This document shows, piece by piece, positions 27,501-39,800 of a stretch of DNA of 64,000 nt; the stretch's first letter is position 1, and each line of letters starts with the position of its first letter. Position numbers and translations under genes: made by a program. Source of the DNA: Peribolospora baueri. Lineage: Eukaryota. The stretch is taken from positions 372,001-436,000 of the forward strand of contig JAMDHS010000004.1 of assembly GCA_029717555.1 (NCBI GenBank). The letters are read 5' to 3'. Below the pieces are notes generated by a model. That model had not been told where the DNA came from. It was given only the letters and a program-made list of their open reading frames with translations, and searched no databases.

Positions 27501-28133
27501 AACTGGGACAAGGTGTGGAGCTACGCCTTTCGACAAGTTGACGATGGCATTCCACCATATTTCGGGGCTATGCATGGGGCCGAGCTTGGCTACGTCTGGC
27601 AGTCCAGAGCACTGGCGCCCAATTACGTGGACTCGCTTTCGCGCATCATGTCCCGCGCTTGGATCTCCTTTGCTGCGTACCGGGATCCGAGGAAGCTCGA
27701 TGGTGAGTGGAAGGCACCGGTATGCCAGCCTGTACCGTCCCCTGCCAGCGCGACTTGGTTCGGGATCGGTCGGAGAAGTCGATCGCTTCTGAGGTTCTGC
27801 TACTTTTCACCCGCTCATTCATGGCCGCCTGCTCTTGGTCCACGTTTCTTGGAATCTATGGAAAGACCTCGACTGGCCGGTGTACGACAGCGACGCCAAG
27901 CAACTCATCCAGTTCCGCGCGGACAACGTGACCGTCGTTCGTGATACCTGTGAGCGAGCGAGCCCACTGGTCCCATCCATTCTGGCATTTCGCTTCTTGC
28001 CCCTGTCCGGACCGTTCCTCACCTAATCTACATCATTCTCATCCTGAAACTTGGTCCCCCGTCCCCCGCAGATCGCCAAAAAGCGATGGCGTTCTTAGAT
28101 AGGGTGGACGTGCGCGAGGTGCTTAGTCGTTGA
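24576..28133 (+). CDS. Secreted type-B carboxylesterase/lipase (COesterase family); multi-exon
   Basis: Signal-peptide-like N-terminus (LFPLLIAALSLSPSQG), GVRYAQSPLGPLRW, SEDCLYANIYRP, LPIMVWVHGGGF, NYRLGAFGFL, GGDPDRITAFGESAGA (catalytic Ser), DEGTLF (Glu), GAMHGAEL (His). The start codon is uncertain. Confidence 0.9.
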
Positions 28134-30302
28134 GCCTTGGCGTTCAGGCCGACGCGTCAGAGGCGTCGCGGCAAGCGGACCTTGGGGCGTCTTCAAGGCG
28201 TGAAGGGGAACATTCCGAGTGCGCGATGCAGATGCCGGTTCTGAGCCCATCGTTGGTGGACAGACGGTCGGCAAGCATCTTTGCTAAGGTTGAGGTTGAC
28301 GGGGATGCCACTAGTGGGACACCCTGCATCAAAGTTTCCTTTACACAAGCACGCTTTCTGCCCTCAGGTACCCGTATAACCGATTTGCCGACAAGTTTTC
28401 CTTCTGGCGGTCTGTTCCGGAAAGTCTTGGGGAGCAGATGAATGACTCAGATACTGTTGCTCCTGTGATGATCGCCGGGATGGGAGGGAGGTGTTGTCTT
28501 CTGCTACAACCTCGGCGGCTACGGCGCCCCATTGATTGATCGATCGATCGGTTGGTTGATTGAACCTGCTTAGAGCCCATAAATATAGGCCACTACTGAC
28601 CTAAAGGGACCAGGGGCTAGCTAAGCGTGGGAAAGAGACAGCTGCGGATACCCTAGATAAGGTTTATTGTCGGGGAGGAAGAGGGGGGGAACTGGGAGTG
28701 GGAGAAGGCAAACCGGCCGAAAGGACCTGCTGTAGCGTCTGCGCTGTATCCGTCCGTTCACCTAGGTCGTCGGCGAGACAGAGACCACCGCAAAGGAACG
28801 GGGAAAGCAACCAGGTTTCTCGAATGAATTGGGCCGTGAGGGGGACAAGAAGGTGTGTAGATCCGTAGCGGGAAGATGCAAAAGTCATCGAGCAGCCGTC
28901 CGCCGCAGCAGGTGGAGCTCCGCACAGGTCGCCGAAACCACCTCGGCCTTGACCGTCGCATCGGTTCTTCTACGCTTTCGCTCCACCTGTCCATGACTTT
29001 GTCCGCTTTCATTTACTTGACAGCTACGCAAACGACGACTTGATGTCTACTTCCGGGTCCTTTTCCGATGCAGTAAGAATTCTGATGCGGAAAAGCAGTG
29101 AGACAGGGTGCGAGGCAGGTGTATAGTGAGTCCGGGTGATCGGGTCAGTGGAGAAAAACGTTCGGAGAAACCCTTGGGATTCCGGATTGAGGCATGGCAC
29201 TCAGTGAAGGCCTCACCACCTGAAAGTTATAAAAGGTCAGCTCTCCATGATGCCCTCTTCATTCCCTGCACTTCCTCATCACCCCAGAGCGCCATCTCCC
29301 AGGGCCGCATCTCTCAGAGCTACATCTCTCTTTCTATGGCGCTCTCCACCGATCCATGGCCACTAGCCTCCGCCTTCACTGCACAAGGTGAGCACTTGAA
29401 ACCAAGCTTGTCCCCATTATTATCAGCCCTGGCCCTAATCTGTTCCCTCTTGCTCTGGTAGGTTTATGATCTTGGGAGAAATACCCCATTGATCTTCCTC
29501 TTCTCTGCTCGACCTTGGTGCGGAAGCGGCGACAACATGCTCATCTGAGTCCCAAGATGTCCCTAGTGGCTGTGTACGCCGGCTCTAGCTTTCTTACAGC
29601 AGAGCAGTGGTCGAGAGTGCTGGGTGGGTGGGTAAGGCTCCTCTCAGCACGGCAGAGGAGACGGCACTCTCAACGTGAACGCCCTTTTCGGGGTCCGTTC
29701 CTTCCACACGCATATCCCCTTGTTCGCGGTTGCAAGTTGAAGGACAAACACCAAACTAAAACAACAAAATAATGCCGCTTGGAAAAACGACGGTCGGCTC
29801 GCTCCGCTCCTCTACATTGCTCGTCATCGTCAGGTCTACCGTTGAAGCCTGGCCAAGTCCAACCCCTGCCTGTCCATGCTTGCCATACGCTCCATCTCAC
29901 TTCAAGCCGAAGCCAATCAGCCAAGCGATTTGAGGCGGCATCCTAGGTGAGTCGAGTTTTCTGTCTGCCGGACGTCATCTTTGTTCGTTCCTTTCGCTAC
30001 ATAGTGCTGGTCCTCTCACGTTTGTTTATCTCGGCAAGACAAAACAAAGAACAGAAAAACAAGTCTCATCGCGCTGACAAGGAAATATCAGCCATAGCGT
30101 GTCTTCCTAAACCTTCGTCCCCCAACACCCTTCTTTATAACCCTGTCCTTGGGATACTTCAGCTGCCACCAAAATCCCTTATCGATTGGCAACGCAACAC
30201 CAACCGAAACCAGGTTACCAACTTCTCTCCACCCCCGGTAAGCTTAAATGCCTTCCTGAAAGCTGCCAGTCCACTCGGGCCTTAAGTTGAGCTCCCCCAT
30301 TC

Positions 30303-31140
30303 AGCATGACAGTCTCACTTTTGCCTCCCCTCGTGGAACAGCATGGTGCTCTCACTTTTACTTCCCCCCGAACAGCATGCTGCCCTCACTTTTGCCTCCC
30401 CTCCAATAGCATGATGCCCTCACTTTTCCCTTCACCCCGCACAGCATGGTGTTCTCACTCTTGCCTCCCCTCAAACAGCATGGTACTCTCATTTTTGCCT
30501 CCCCTCGAATAGCATGGTACTCTCATTTTTGCCTCCCCTCGAATAGCATGATGCCCTCACTTTTCCTCCCCACTCGGAACAGCATGGAGCCCGCACTATT
30601 TCCTCCCCTCTTGCCTCAGAACAGCATGCTGTTCTCACTTTTACCTCCCCCGGCTACCTTCACTTTTCCCTCACCTCGAATAGCATGCTGCTCTCACTTT
30701 TGCTTTGCCCTGGACAGCATTGTGCCCTCGCTTTTGCCTCCCCTCGAATAGCATGATGCTCTCGCTTTTACCTCCCCTCGAACAGCATGGAGTCCTCACT
30801 TTTCCTTACCCCCAAACAGCATGGCGCCCGCACTATTTTCTTCCCTCTCGCCTCGGAACAGAATGATCCGTCACTTTTGCCTTCCCTTGCGGAACAGCCT
30901 GATGACCTCACTTTTGCCTTCCTAACCCTTCAGGTCTTGGGACAGCATTACGTCCTCAAATTTGCCCCGCCAGGGTCCTTGAACAGACCATGCTTTTAAA
31001 GGCTTTCCAGACTCCCAAGGTTGTCTCCACTCCGTATCTCTGACCCCTTTTTGCCTCTGAACAGCAAGTCATGCGCTCACTTTTGCCTTCCTAACCCCTC
31101 TGGTCTTGCGACAGCACGGTGCCCTTACTTTTGCCTCCCC
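30303..31140. repeat. Degenerate ~34-bp tandem array (about 20 copies); consensus approximately AACAGCATGNTGCYCTCACTTTTGCCTCCCCTCG
   Basis: AGCAT cores at 30303, 30340, 30374, 30408, 30443, 30477, 30511, 30545, 30581, 30623, 30682, 30716, 30750, 30784, 30818, with more degenerate copies to ~31140. Confidence 0.92.
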
Positions 31141-31897
31141 AAGGTCATCACTACGATGAGGCTGTGGAGGAGTTGGCGTGGTCGCCATTTTTGTGTGGAG
31201 CGCGCGCACTCAGAGACAACCTACACGAAGGCAACGATTGGCCCTGTCGTGGGCACCAGTTGAGTGCTTTCTGTTTTCAAGGGTTGTGGATAGATTATCT
31301 CTTAGGCACCGTCGTTGGCAACGTTTACCCTAGTCTCCTATAGAGTGGCTTTGTATGTGTGTTTGGCTCTTCGAGGATGCGATGCACTTCAAGTACTGTC
31401 CGGCGTCGTGGCAAGACGCCTCGGAGACGGAGAAAGCCGAGAAGAGAGGTTGACAAAGCTGCTCCCGGGTGACGCGGCCGCGCCGGATGTTGCCGCTCGT
31501 ACTGTTCAACAAAATCTGAACCGAAATGGCGAAAAGAATGGGTCATCTTCAACGGTAAGTTTGGTGTAAGGTCTGGTCAAAGCCTTCCCTTTTAGATTTC
31601 TGCACTTCCCTGTGACTATAATAGTCAGGGACTTGTCTTCCAAACGCTTCAATAGCTTCAAATAGCTTCCAACAGACTGGGTGTGCGGTGGTAATGAATG
31701 CTCAAAGGTATGGCTTGTAGGGAAAGAGGAGGAGGGGAGAAGGAGAGAACGTGAGGAAGGCCTCTCCTCCCCGCACGGCGCCTAATTTGTCGGGTGCCCG
31801 CCGCAGTGCCCGCCGCAGCAGTTGGGGCTCCGCCTCGTTCATATTTATCCGGCTTCGCTTCTCACTTTCATGGTGTCGGTCGAAGCGAACCAGCGCT

Positions 31898-33168
31898 ATG
31901 GCCCGCCCAACCTTCTCTCCCAGAGAGTTTCAGGTCCACTTTTCAGCGTCTCAGGTGTCCGCCCTACGCGCCAAGTTGGAGGCCTCCCTTCCGCTAGGGG
32001 ACGATTACGTCTGGATAGCCGAAGGAGACGACGAATGGGAGAAAGGCCCTCCGCTTCAGTGGATGAACGAGATGGGGAGTGGCGGAACTTGTTGAGCGTC
32101 TTCTCCACCTCCTTCCACCTCTCCTCCTTCAACAAGTCGATCATCGATGAGGGCTCCACAGTGGAAGGCGTTGATGAAGTCGACCTTCATTTCGTCCACG
32201 CGCCTTCCCCCGAGCCGGGCGCCATCCCGCTCCTTCTCGTCCACGGATGGCCGGGCTCATTTTACGAGTTTTTCCCCATCATCGACCAGCTCTATAACTC
32301 TAGGGCTTATGGCAGCGATGCTCAAGCTTTCCACGTCGTAGTACCCTCCCTCCCTTCCTTCATCTTCTCCTCAGCCCCGCGCACCCGTAAAGGGTCTTCC
32401 ATGCCGGCTATGGCCGACAAGCTCAACAAGCTTATGCTCGGACTGGGGTATGATCGGTACGCAGCCCAGGGTGGCGACTGGGGCTCTGTAGCCGTCCGCT
32501 GTTTGAGCGGTCAGCCCTCCGACCACTGCAGGGCCATTCATCTCACCTTTTGCTCCGCCCCTCCCCCGCCCTGGCTCTCCACGCTCATAGCGATGCTCCC
32601 AAGTTTTGTCACCTCATCCCTCTCGCGGCTCGTACTGACGGCGAAAGAGATGCAGAGTCTCAAGTTGGTCCCGCAAGGCAGCGATCGTCCGGCTTACTAT
32701 GCGATCCAAGCGGACCGCCCCAAGGCGATGGCCTATGGCTTGATGGACTCCCCCATAGGCTTGCTCGCCTACGTAGGCAAGACGTACTACCTCCAGCGAT
32801 TCTTTCCGCGCGTTGTCCGTGAGACCAGCGTGTCCCCAGAACACGCCCTCACCCAGCTCACGCTCTATTACCTCACCCGCACCGTTGGCACCCCTTTCCA
32901 CCCCTACGCGAACAACCCCTTTTTCACCAAGTTCCTCTCCAACCCCGCTTTCCGCATCAGCGTGCCCACTGGGATGAGCGTGTTCCCTTCGGAGCTCGTC
33001 ATCGTGCCAAAGGCCTGGGTCGCCAGGACGTCAAACTTGGTGTGGTACAAGGAAGCTCCCGAAGGAGGCCACTTTGTAGCTACGGAAGTACCGCAGCTCT
33101 ACATCGATCACGTCCGCGACGCCTTGGGTGCGCACGGCCCATTGTGGGCCGAAGAGCGGAAACGCTAG
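31898..33168 (+). pseudogene. Microsomal-type (EHN + alpha/beta hydrolase) epoxide hydrolase; intronless, with a frameshift at ~32075
   Basis: Frame A: MARPTFSPREFQVHFSASQVSALRAKL...WEKGPPLQWMNEM. Frame B continues EWRN...LHFVH...AIPLLLVHGWPGSFYEF, FHVVVPSLP, QGGDWGS (Asp nucleophile), AYYAIQ, DSPIGLLAY, FPSEL, GGHFVATEVP (His). Confidence 0.85.
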
Positions 33169-33874
33169 ACGAAGCGTCACCGTGAAGCCAAGATTTGAGC
33201 ACAGTCACACGCCATGCGGGTCGCCGACGGGTCCATTCTCTGGCTGGGTTAGTTGTCTGTAAAGGGCGGATGGAGGAACTGTATCACACGCATAATGATC
33301 CTTTGGTAAAGGAAGGTAGATATTCTTGATCGTTCTCTATCTTCATATATGTCCAAAGTCAGGTTGTCTCATCGGCTCATAACTAAATCGGATACGGTCA
33401 TTGAAAGTCGTTGAGATGCTCATACAAAATTGAGAAAGATGACAGGGAAGCGAGGAGATGAGAACAGAAGGGTTAGAAAGATATTCCCAAAAGGTTACAC
33501 TGAAGACAGGCAAGGTCGGGGCCAAGGAGACGTGACAGCGTGAAATAGTTGAAAAGACCCGGTGCCATCTATTGCTCTAAGCGAACCAGTGGAAGACCTC
33601 GACCGGCTCCGGCTCCGATGGGCTTGTAGTGTTGTACGTGTCAGGGCCGGTGGTGGAGTGGTGGGGACGACTGTCCGCCAAGTGCAACGCAAACGGCCGC
33701 AGGGTTTGCCGTTACGCTGCTAGGACTAGTGACAGCAAGGGGATAGGTGTAGGGACGTCGGTCATTGCTGGTGCTGGGTTGCCCTTTCCTCGCACAAGGC
33801 AATTAATCCATGGCAGCACAGATTTCGGATCAAAGGGTTGGTCAAGTTACAACGCTGCTAACGCTGGCTTAATT

Positions 33875-36800
33875 TCAATTGGAGAACGAGCGCGCGACAG
33901 CGACCGCAAGGCCGGCATCATGGCTGATTGACACTTGCACTTGAGTGATGCCCTGTGCCTCGGCGACCTCCTTGGCCCGCCCTTCGAGGCGAACCTTGGG
34001 ACCCGTAGACGTGCTCTCGATGACGATGTCGATCATTGCCGCTGCACCGCCACGTGAAGTCGTCGACAGAGCTGGAAGAAGGGGAGCAAACCCAGGTCAG
34101 CGGCGGGTCATACCCCTGGAACATGCGCTTTACTCGGCGGTGAGCCCTGATGCTCACATTTGAAGACGGCTTCCTTAGCAGCAAACTTGCCCGCGAACGA
34201 GGCGCGCGAATCCGGAGCGCTTCGGCAGTACTCCTGCTCTTCCGCGGTGAAGTTGCGCTGCAAGAACGTTTCGTTGTCGGACGGGAATTGGGCGATATCT
34301 TCGATGTCCACGCCCACACCCGCGCCTATGCCGGTGCCAGCTCCGCCCTCGACAGCCGCCATGGACGACGTGATCGCGTTCGCCAGCGTCGCTTTTGCTG
34401 CAGTGGTAGAGGCAGGAGTCGGCTCCACGGGAGGGACAGAGCGGAACGAATACGACTTGCCGTCGAACGTAGCTCGAGCGTTCGGGTTGAGCAGCACCTC
34501 GTCTTCGAGATGTTCCGGATACGGCGGAGCATCCTTGACGCGCACGAGGTCACCGTTGACGAGCGCACTGTGCATGCTCTTGTACGTCGTCTTGTACCGC
34601 TCCGCACGGCGTTGACGGTATTCGTCAAACGTCGAGCCGTCGAGCATGGCCAGCAGGTGATCGGGATGCAAAATGAGGGCGATACCGCCCACCTGTCCGA
34701 AGCCGAACGAGGTGACGAGAGCGGCTCGCATCGAGTCGACCTTGATCGTTCGCGAGGGGTAGAAGAGCAAATTGTACTGCCGCAGCTCCGGAGAGATGTC
34801 GTCCGCGTTACGGTTGCCAGGAACAATAGCGTGGTTGACGGCCTGCAGGGTGCCGTTGAACATGAACGCAGCGGCGCCACCCTTGGTGTGACCGGTGAGC
34901 CACTTCTGCGCAGCGACAGGAACGGCGAAGCCGGGCGTACGGCCAATTTTCTTCAAGAGACCGGAGTAAATGTGGCTCTCGTTCTTGTCGTTCGCCTTGG
35001 TCGAGGTGCCGTGGAAGGAGACGAGACCGATGTGGTCTGCTGTGAGGCCCCACTCGGCCACCGCGTTCCGCAGGTTAGTGGCCGACGCGAGCACACCGTG
35101 CCCCGGAGCGGGGACGGAGCGGCCCTGCTTGTCGGTGTGGGTGCTCGTGTACCCGATGATACCGAAGATGGGCGCGCCCAACTCGATCGCCGTCGAGGCA
35201 GTCATGAGCACCTGAACTCCAGCTCCTTGTGACTCGAGGAAGCCGGCACGAGTGGACGTGGTGGGGCGGGAGAACTCGGAAGGTTCACGACCGGCAGCAA
35301 ACTCAGTCTCGGCGTTGGAAGTGGCTTTCATGTTGGCGAACTCGTACGACCCTTCCTCGCTGAAGTCGTCAAATCCTCCAGCGATCATAACCTTGGCCTT
35401 GCCGCTTCGGAGCGTGTCGCACGCGATATCCAGAGACTGGAGAGCGGTGGCGCAGGCTCCGACAGGGATCTTGATCGGGCCGCTGGATGACAGTAGGAGC
35501 AGGTTCACCCAGCCGGCGACGGTGTTGATGAACGTCTCCTGGAGAATGTCCATCTGTACCGGCTTCTCCTCTCGTCGGTCCTTGAACATGGCGCCGAGGG
35601 CCTGCACTCCTCCCATGCCGCTTCCAAGTGCCGTGCCGAGCTGCGAGGGATGAATGTACTTGTAGAGCTCGTAAGGGTCGTTGATGCCCGACATGATGAG
35701 CGCTTCGGAAACGCAGACCAGCGCCCAGAGCGTGGTACGGTCCACTTGATCGACGATATCCTGAGGGATGCCGTAGCGAGCAGCGTTCCATCCCGTCGGG
35801 ATCTGTCCGGCAACGAGACGGTCGAAGCTGATGGCCTTGGGCACGAACACGCGAGCGCCCTTGCGGAACTTGACGAACCATTGGCCCGTCGCGGCCACTT
35901 CCCACGTGTCAACCTTGTCGCCGTGCTCGTGCTTGAACTTGGCGGCTTCCTCCGCTGAGACCTCGAGGGGCTCGAGGTCGTGGTTGAGCTCGATCTCCTG
36001 GTTGAACTGCTTCTTCTTAGGATCATAGCCCTTGAACAGCTCGGGCTCTGCGGTCGGCAGTCAACGGAAAGTTAGTGGTGAGAAAGACCGAGCGAAAGAC
36101 GATAGAAAGAGGACAGGTGCAGGGAGGGAGGGACGCTCACCGATGAGGCGGATGCCGGCATGGTCCAAGATCTGCTTCTCGTACTTGACCTTTACGTCTT
36201 TGTCGTCCAGCGGCTCCTCCGACTTGGCGTCGACCCAACCGACGTGAGTCTTGCCGCTCTTGAGACGACCATCGACGTGCTTGATCAAGCCCATCATCCA
36301 GGCCATCTCGATGCACCCCTCGATCGAGAACTCGCCCCTGGCCTCCATCTCCCAGCGCGTGCGCGTGCTGCCCCACGGGCCCACCTCGGCGAAGCCGGTG
36401 ACGACGACGACCTTGTCGAGGTCAAGCTTGGCACCCGTCGCGTACTCCTTGAGCTCTGCCGCCGACTTGATCGGCGGGTATTCGAACTTAAAGTTGGCGC
36501 GAGGCTTGATGTTAACCTTGGCGTGAAGGCGCTCGGCGTCGGCACCGTTGACGACCTTGAAATCGGCAGAGTTGTCGATGCTGATGGCGCGGCGGGCGTC
36601 GGCGCTCTCGTTGAGCTCCAAGCGAAGCCTGGTGGTAATGTCGCTCAGGTCAGGCAGGCGGTCCATGCCGCCGTTCAGGTCGGCCCAGATAGGCTCGATC
36701 TGGGTCACGTCGAACAGGAGCGGGTGCATGAGACCGAGGATGTTGAAAGCCATTTCCTTGGCCGAAAACGTGCGGACACCAAACTTCTCCACGCCCTCGG

Positions 36801-39800
36801 CAACCATGTTGGTAGCCGACATGAGACCGGTGCCACGGGTCCAGCCGATGACGGCGCCAGCGAGGCAGAGATACTCGCCCCAGCTTTCGCTAGCCCACCG
36901 GTTGAAGAGCGTCTCGAGAGAAATCTTGGACTCCGAATACAGACCGTCGTTACCGAACAGACCGTGGTTGGGCGAGAGGGGAAGGACGACCTGGGTGGGA
37001 CGGGTGACGAAGTGGCGGGCCGCCTTCTTCGTCTTGATGGCACCCAGAATGCGAAGGAGGTTGACAAGCATAATCCGGTGGCTGAGCTCGGAAGTATCGT
37101 CCAAGCCGTCGATCTCGCGGCCGTTTTCGGGAAGGGCAGCGAAGGGCAAGACATAGTCGAGGTCGAGGCCCATGCCTTTGGCGGGATCGTAAATGTAGTC
37201 GACGAGGGCCTCCACGTCCTGCTTCGAGCCCTGGTTGAAGGGCACGACGGTGAGCGTGGAGCCTTCGCTACCAAACTCCTGGTAGACGGTCTGGTAGTAC
37301 TCGACCGTGGCACGACTGTAGCGAGACGTGGTGATCACGCAGCGAGCGCCTCCAGAGAGAAGACCCTTAAGGATTTCGACGCCGATAGAGCCCTTGCCCA
37401 CGCCGGTAAGCAAGGCGTTCTTGTTCTTGAACGTCGTGCCGGTGGTCGCGATCTCGTGCAGCACGTCGAGATACATCTGCGTGAGCTTGCTACTGTACTG
37501 CCAGTTGCTGCCCACCTTTCGCTTGAGGTGGAGAAGCGGCAACTTGTCCTCGGCGATGGGAGCAACATCGACCGATTGAGGACGGAGGAACTGCGAGGAC
37601 GAGCGGCGGGTGCGGTTGGCCAGCCTGCGGGTGTCAGGAGCGGGACGACCGAGGGAACGGACGACTTCGCCGTACAACGACTTGATCGCGGCCTTGTGAC
37701 CGCGAGAGATTTGGGGTTGAGCCTTGACGAGCCTCCAAAGCTTGGACACGTCGTCCTGGACCTTTTCAAGGTTCACAGACTGGTGCTGGACCTTGCTACC
37801 GGCAGCCATCTGAAGGTAAATAACAGAAGAAATCCGGGGTAGGGTCAGAGATGCGAGAATGGTCTTCCGCTCCTAGTGTAACGGAGAATGTTACCCACCT
37901 CTTTGACGTACTGTTCGAGCTTGCGTACGCCTTCACGGTTGACCTCTCTATAAACGATGCGACCCGAAGCATCAACCTCGGTCTTGGGCGCCGTTGGGAA
38001 CGTAACATCCTTGTAGACGGCGGCCTCGCTGAGAGCTTCCTTGACGTTGTCGATAAGAGCTTGCCCGAAGGTCTTGGCCAGCTGGTACGTCTCTCCCTTG
38101 CTGACGTCGGTCCTGTGGATGTACACTGACGAGAGCGCAAAGAAGCGAGTTGAGATCGGCCCATACCATGAGGGGCACGCTATGTGATCCAGACTCACCT
38201 TGCATATAAGTCTGGGATGGAATGACGGATGCGACGAAAAGGCGCGACGAAAAGACGCGTCAGTACCCCAGACATTCGTTTACACCTCGGTGAGCGACAC
38301 TCACCAAAAGCTCAGGGCTTGCGCGGTTCATGATTTGAATACAGCCTGTAGTGAAGCGGGAATGACGATGACGCGATCAGAAAGCCGCCGGTGGAAGACA
38401 ACGGCAGACGGCCTGGAGCAACTGACGCTGAGTGATTTTTCGGTCGACGGTGCGAAGCCGGCCGAAGAGGATGTCGTGGTACAAAATGAGAGCATCTGCG
38501 AAAGGAAACACAAACACAAACACAAAAACGTGAGCATGTGCGGCCAACTCAGATAATCCTTCGGACCATCACCCCCCTACGGGAGGGAGGCGCTCACCCT
38601 GTCGGACCCAGTTCCAAGACGATTTGAAGTGGCGGGCCTTGACAGGCTCGAACACCCCGGCGATGCCATTAATGTATTTCTCGCCGTGCTCCTTGTTGAT
38701 CTGGTCGAGCTTGTCCTGAAGCACCTGGACTTCCTTCCTCGCCTCGTCGTAGAGCTTGTGACCGGCGCGCGTGTCCGCGCCTAGATAGCGCATGTACAGC
38801 TCCACATGCTGGTTTGCCAGCTCGTCCTGCTTCGCCTGGAACTTTTCGAACTCTTCGCTGTTGATCATTGGTCCGGCACCGGCGCCGCCGGCGGCACCGG
38901 CTCCGCCACCTCCCTGGCTGAGAGAGAGGCCGGCCTGCTGACCGTAGGCGGCTACGACGCTGTCCAACCACGCCTTGGCCTCCGCTTCCGATCCCAACCG
39001 CTTTGGGGGGTCCATGGTGAGCGCGAGCAAAAGCACGCCCTCGGAACGCCCTGGGCCAAGACCCCAAGCCTTGGAGAGGTGGCCTTTGACTGAAGACAAG
39101 TTGAAACCACCGGGCATCTTGGCACCGATGAGACGAGAGACGAGACCGCCGGTATGTTTGCCAAGAGTGCCAGCGTAGCCGACGTTGAGAGCAGCGCCGA
39201 GCTCGTCGAGAGGAAGTTCCTCTCCCTTCTCCGGAGCGCTGGTGAACTCGAGCTGGAGGTCACCGAGGATTTCGTTCTGCATGGTGGACTTGCCACCGAC
39301 GAGATCCTTGATCGTCTTGGACAGCGGCACGTCAGAGACGGCTTTCTTAAGCTTCTGGGCGATGATCACGCGAAGAGTGTCGACGGCTTTCAGCGGCTCG
39401 TCTGGCACTTCAGCGGCGGGTCCGGCCGAAGCTGCTACGGGCACGGGGGCGGCAGCGACGGGGGCGGGAGCGGCGGCGGGAGCGGGCGCGGAAGCGTTTT
39501 CTGCAGGGGCTTCCTCGGCAGACGGAGCCTCGTCCTCGAACTGGTAGTATATGTCCTTGGCGTTCTTGGCGTGGCACAGGATCGTCCTGCGCCTGGTGAC
39601 GGAAGCGTCCATAGCCTCGTACTTGAGCTTGAACGTCCTGTTGGCCATGCCGGCGAGCGTGGGCGAAGGGCCGAGCTCGATGAGGCGCTCGAACTTGTAC
39701 TCTCCGAAGAGGCGGTCCTGCGTCTCGATCCAGCGCACGGGCGAGGCAAACTGATAAGCGAGTAGCTCGATGAGGAGGTTGTACGCGAGACGCTGACGCA

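Noticed and set aside
30303..31140. CRISPR-like array
   Set aside because: The units are contiguous degenerate copies with no unique spacers, there are no cas genes, and the context is eukaryotic.
38569..38600. FAS1/FAS2 split at the end of the 2357-aa ORF
   Set aside because: The stop lies inside an intron (GTGAGC donor after WVRQ), and downstream exons continue in phase.
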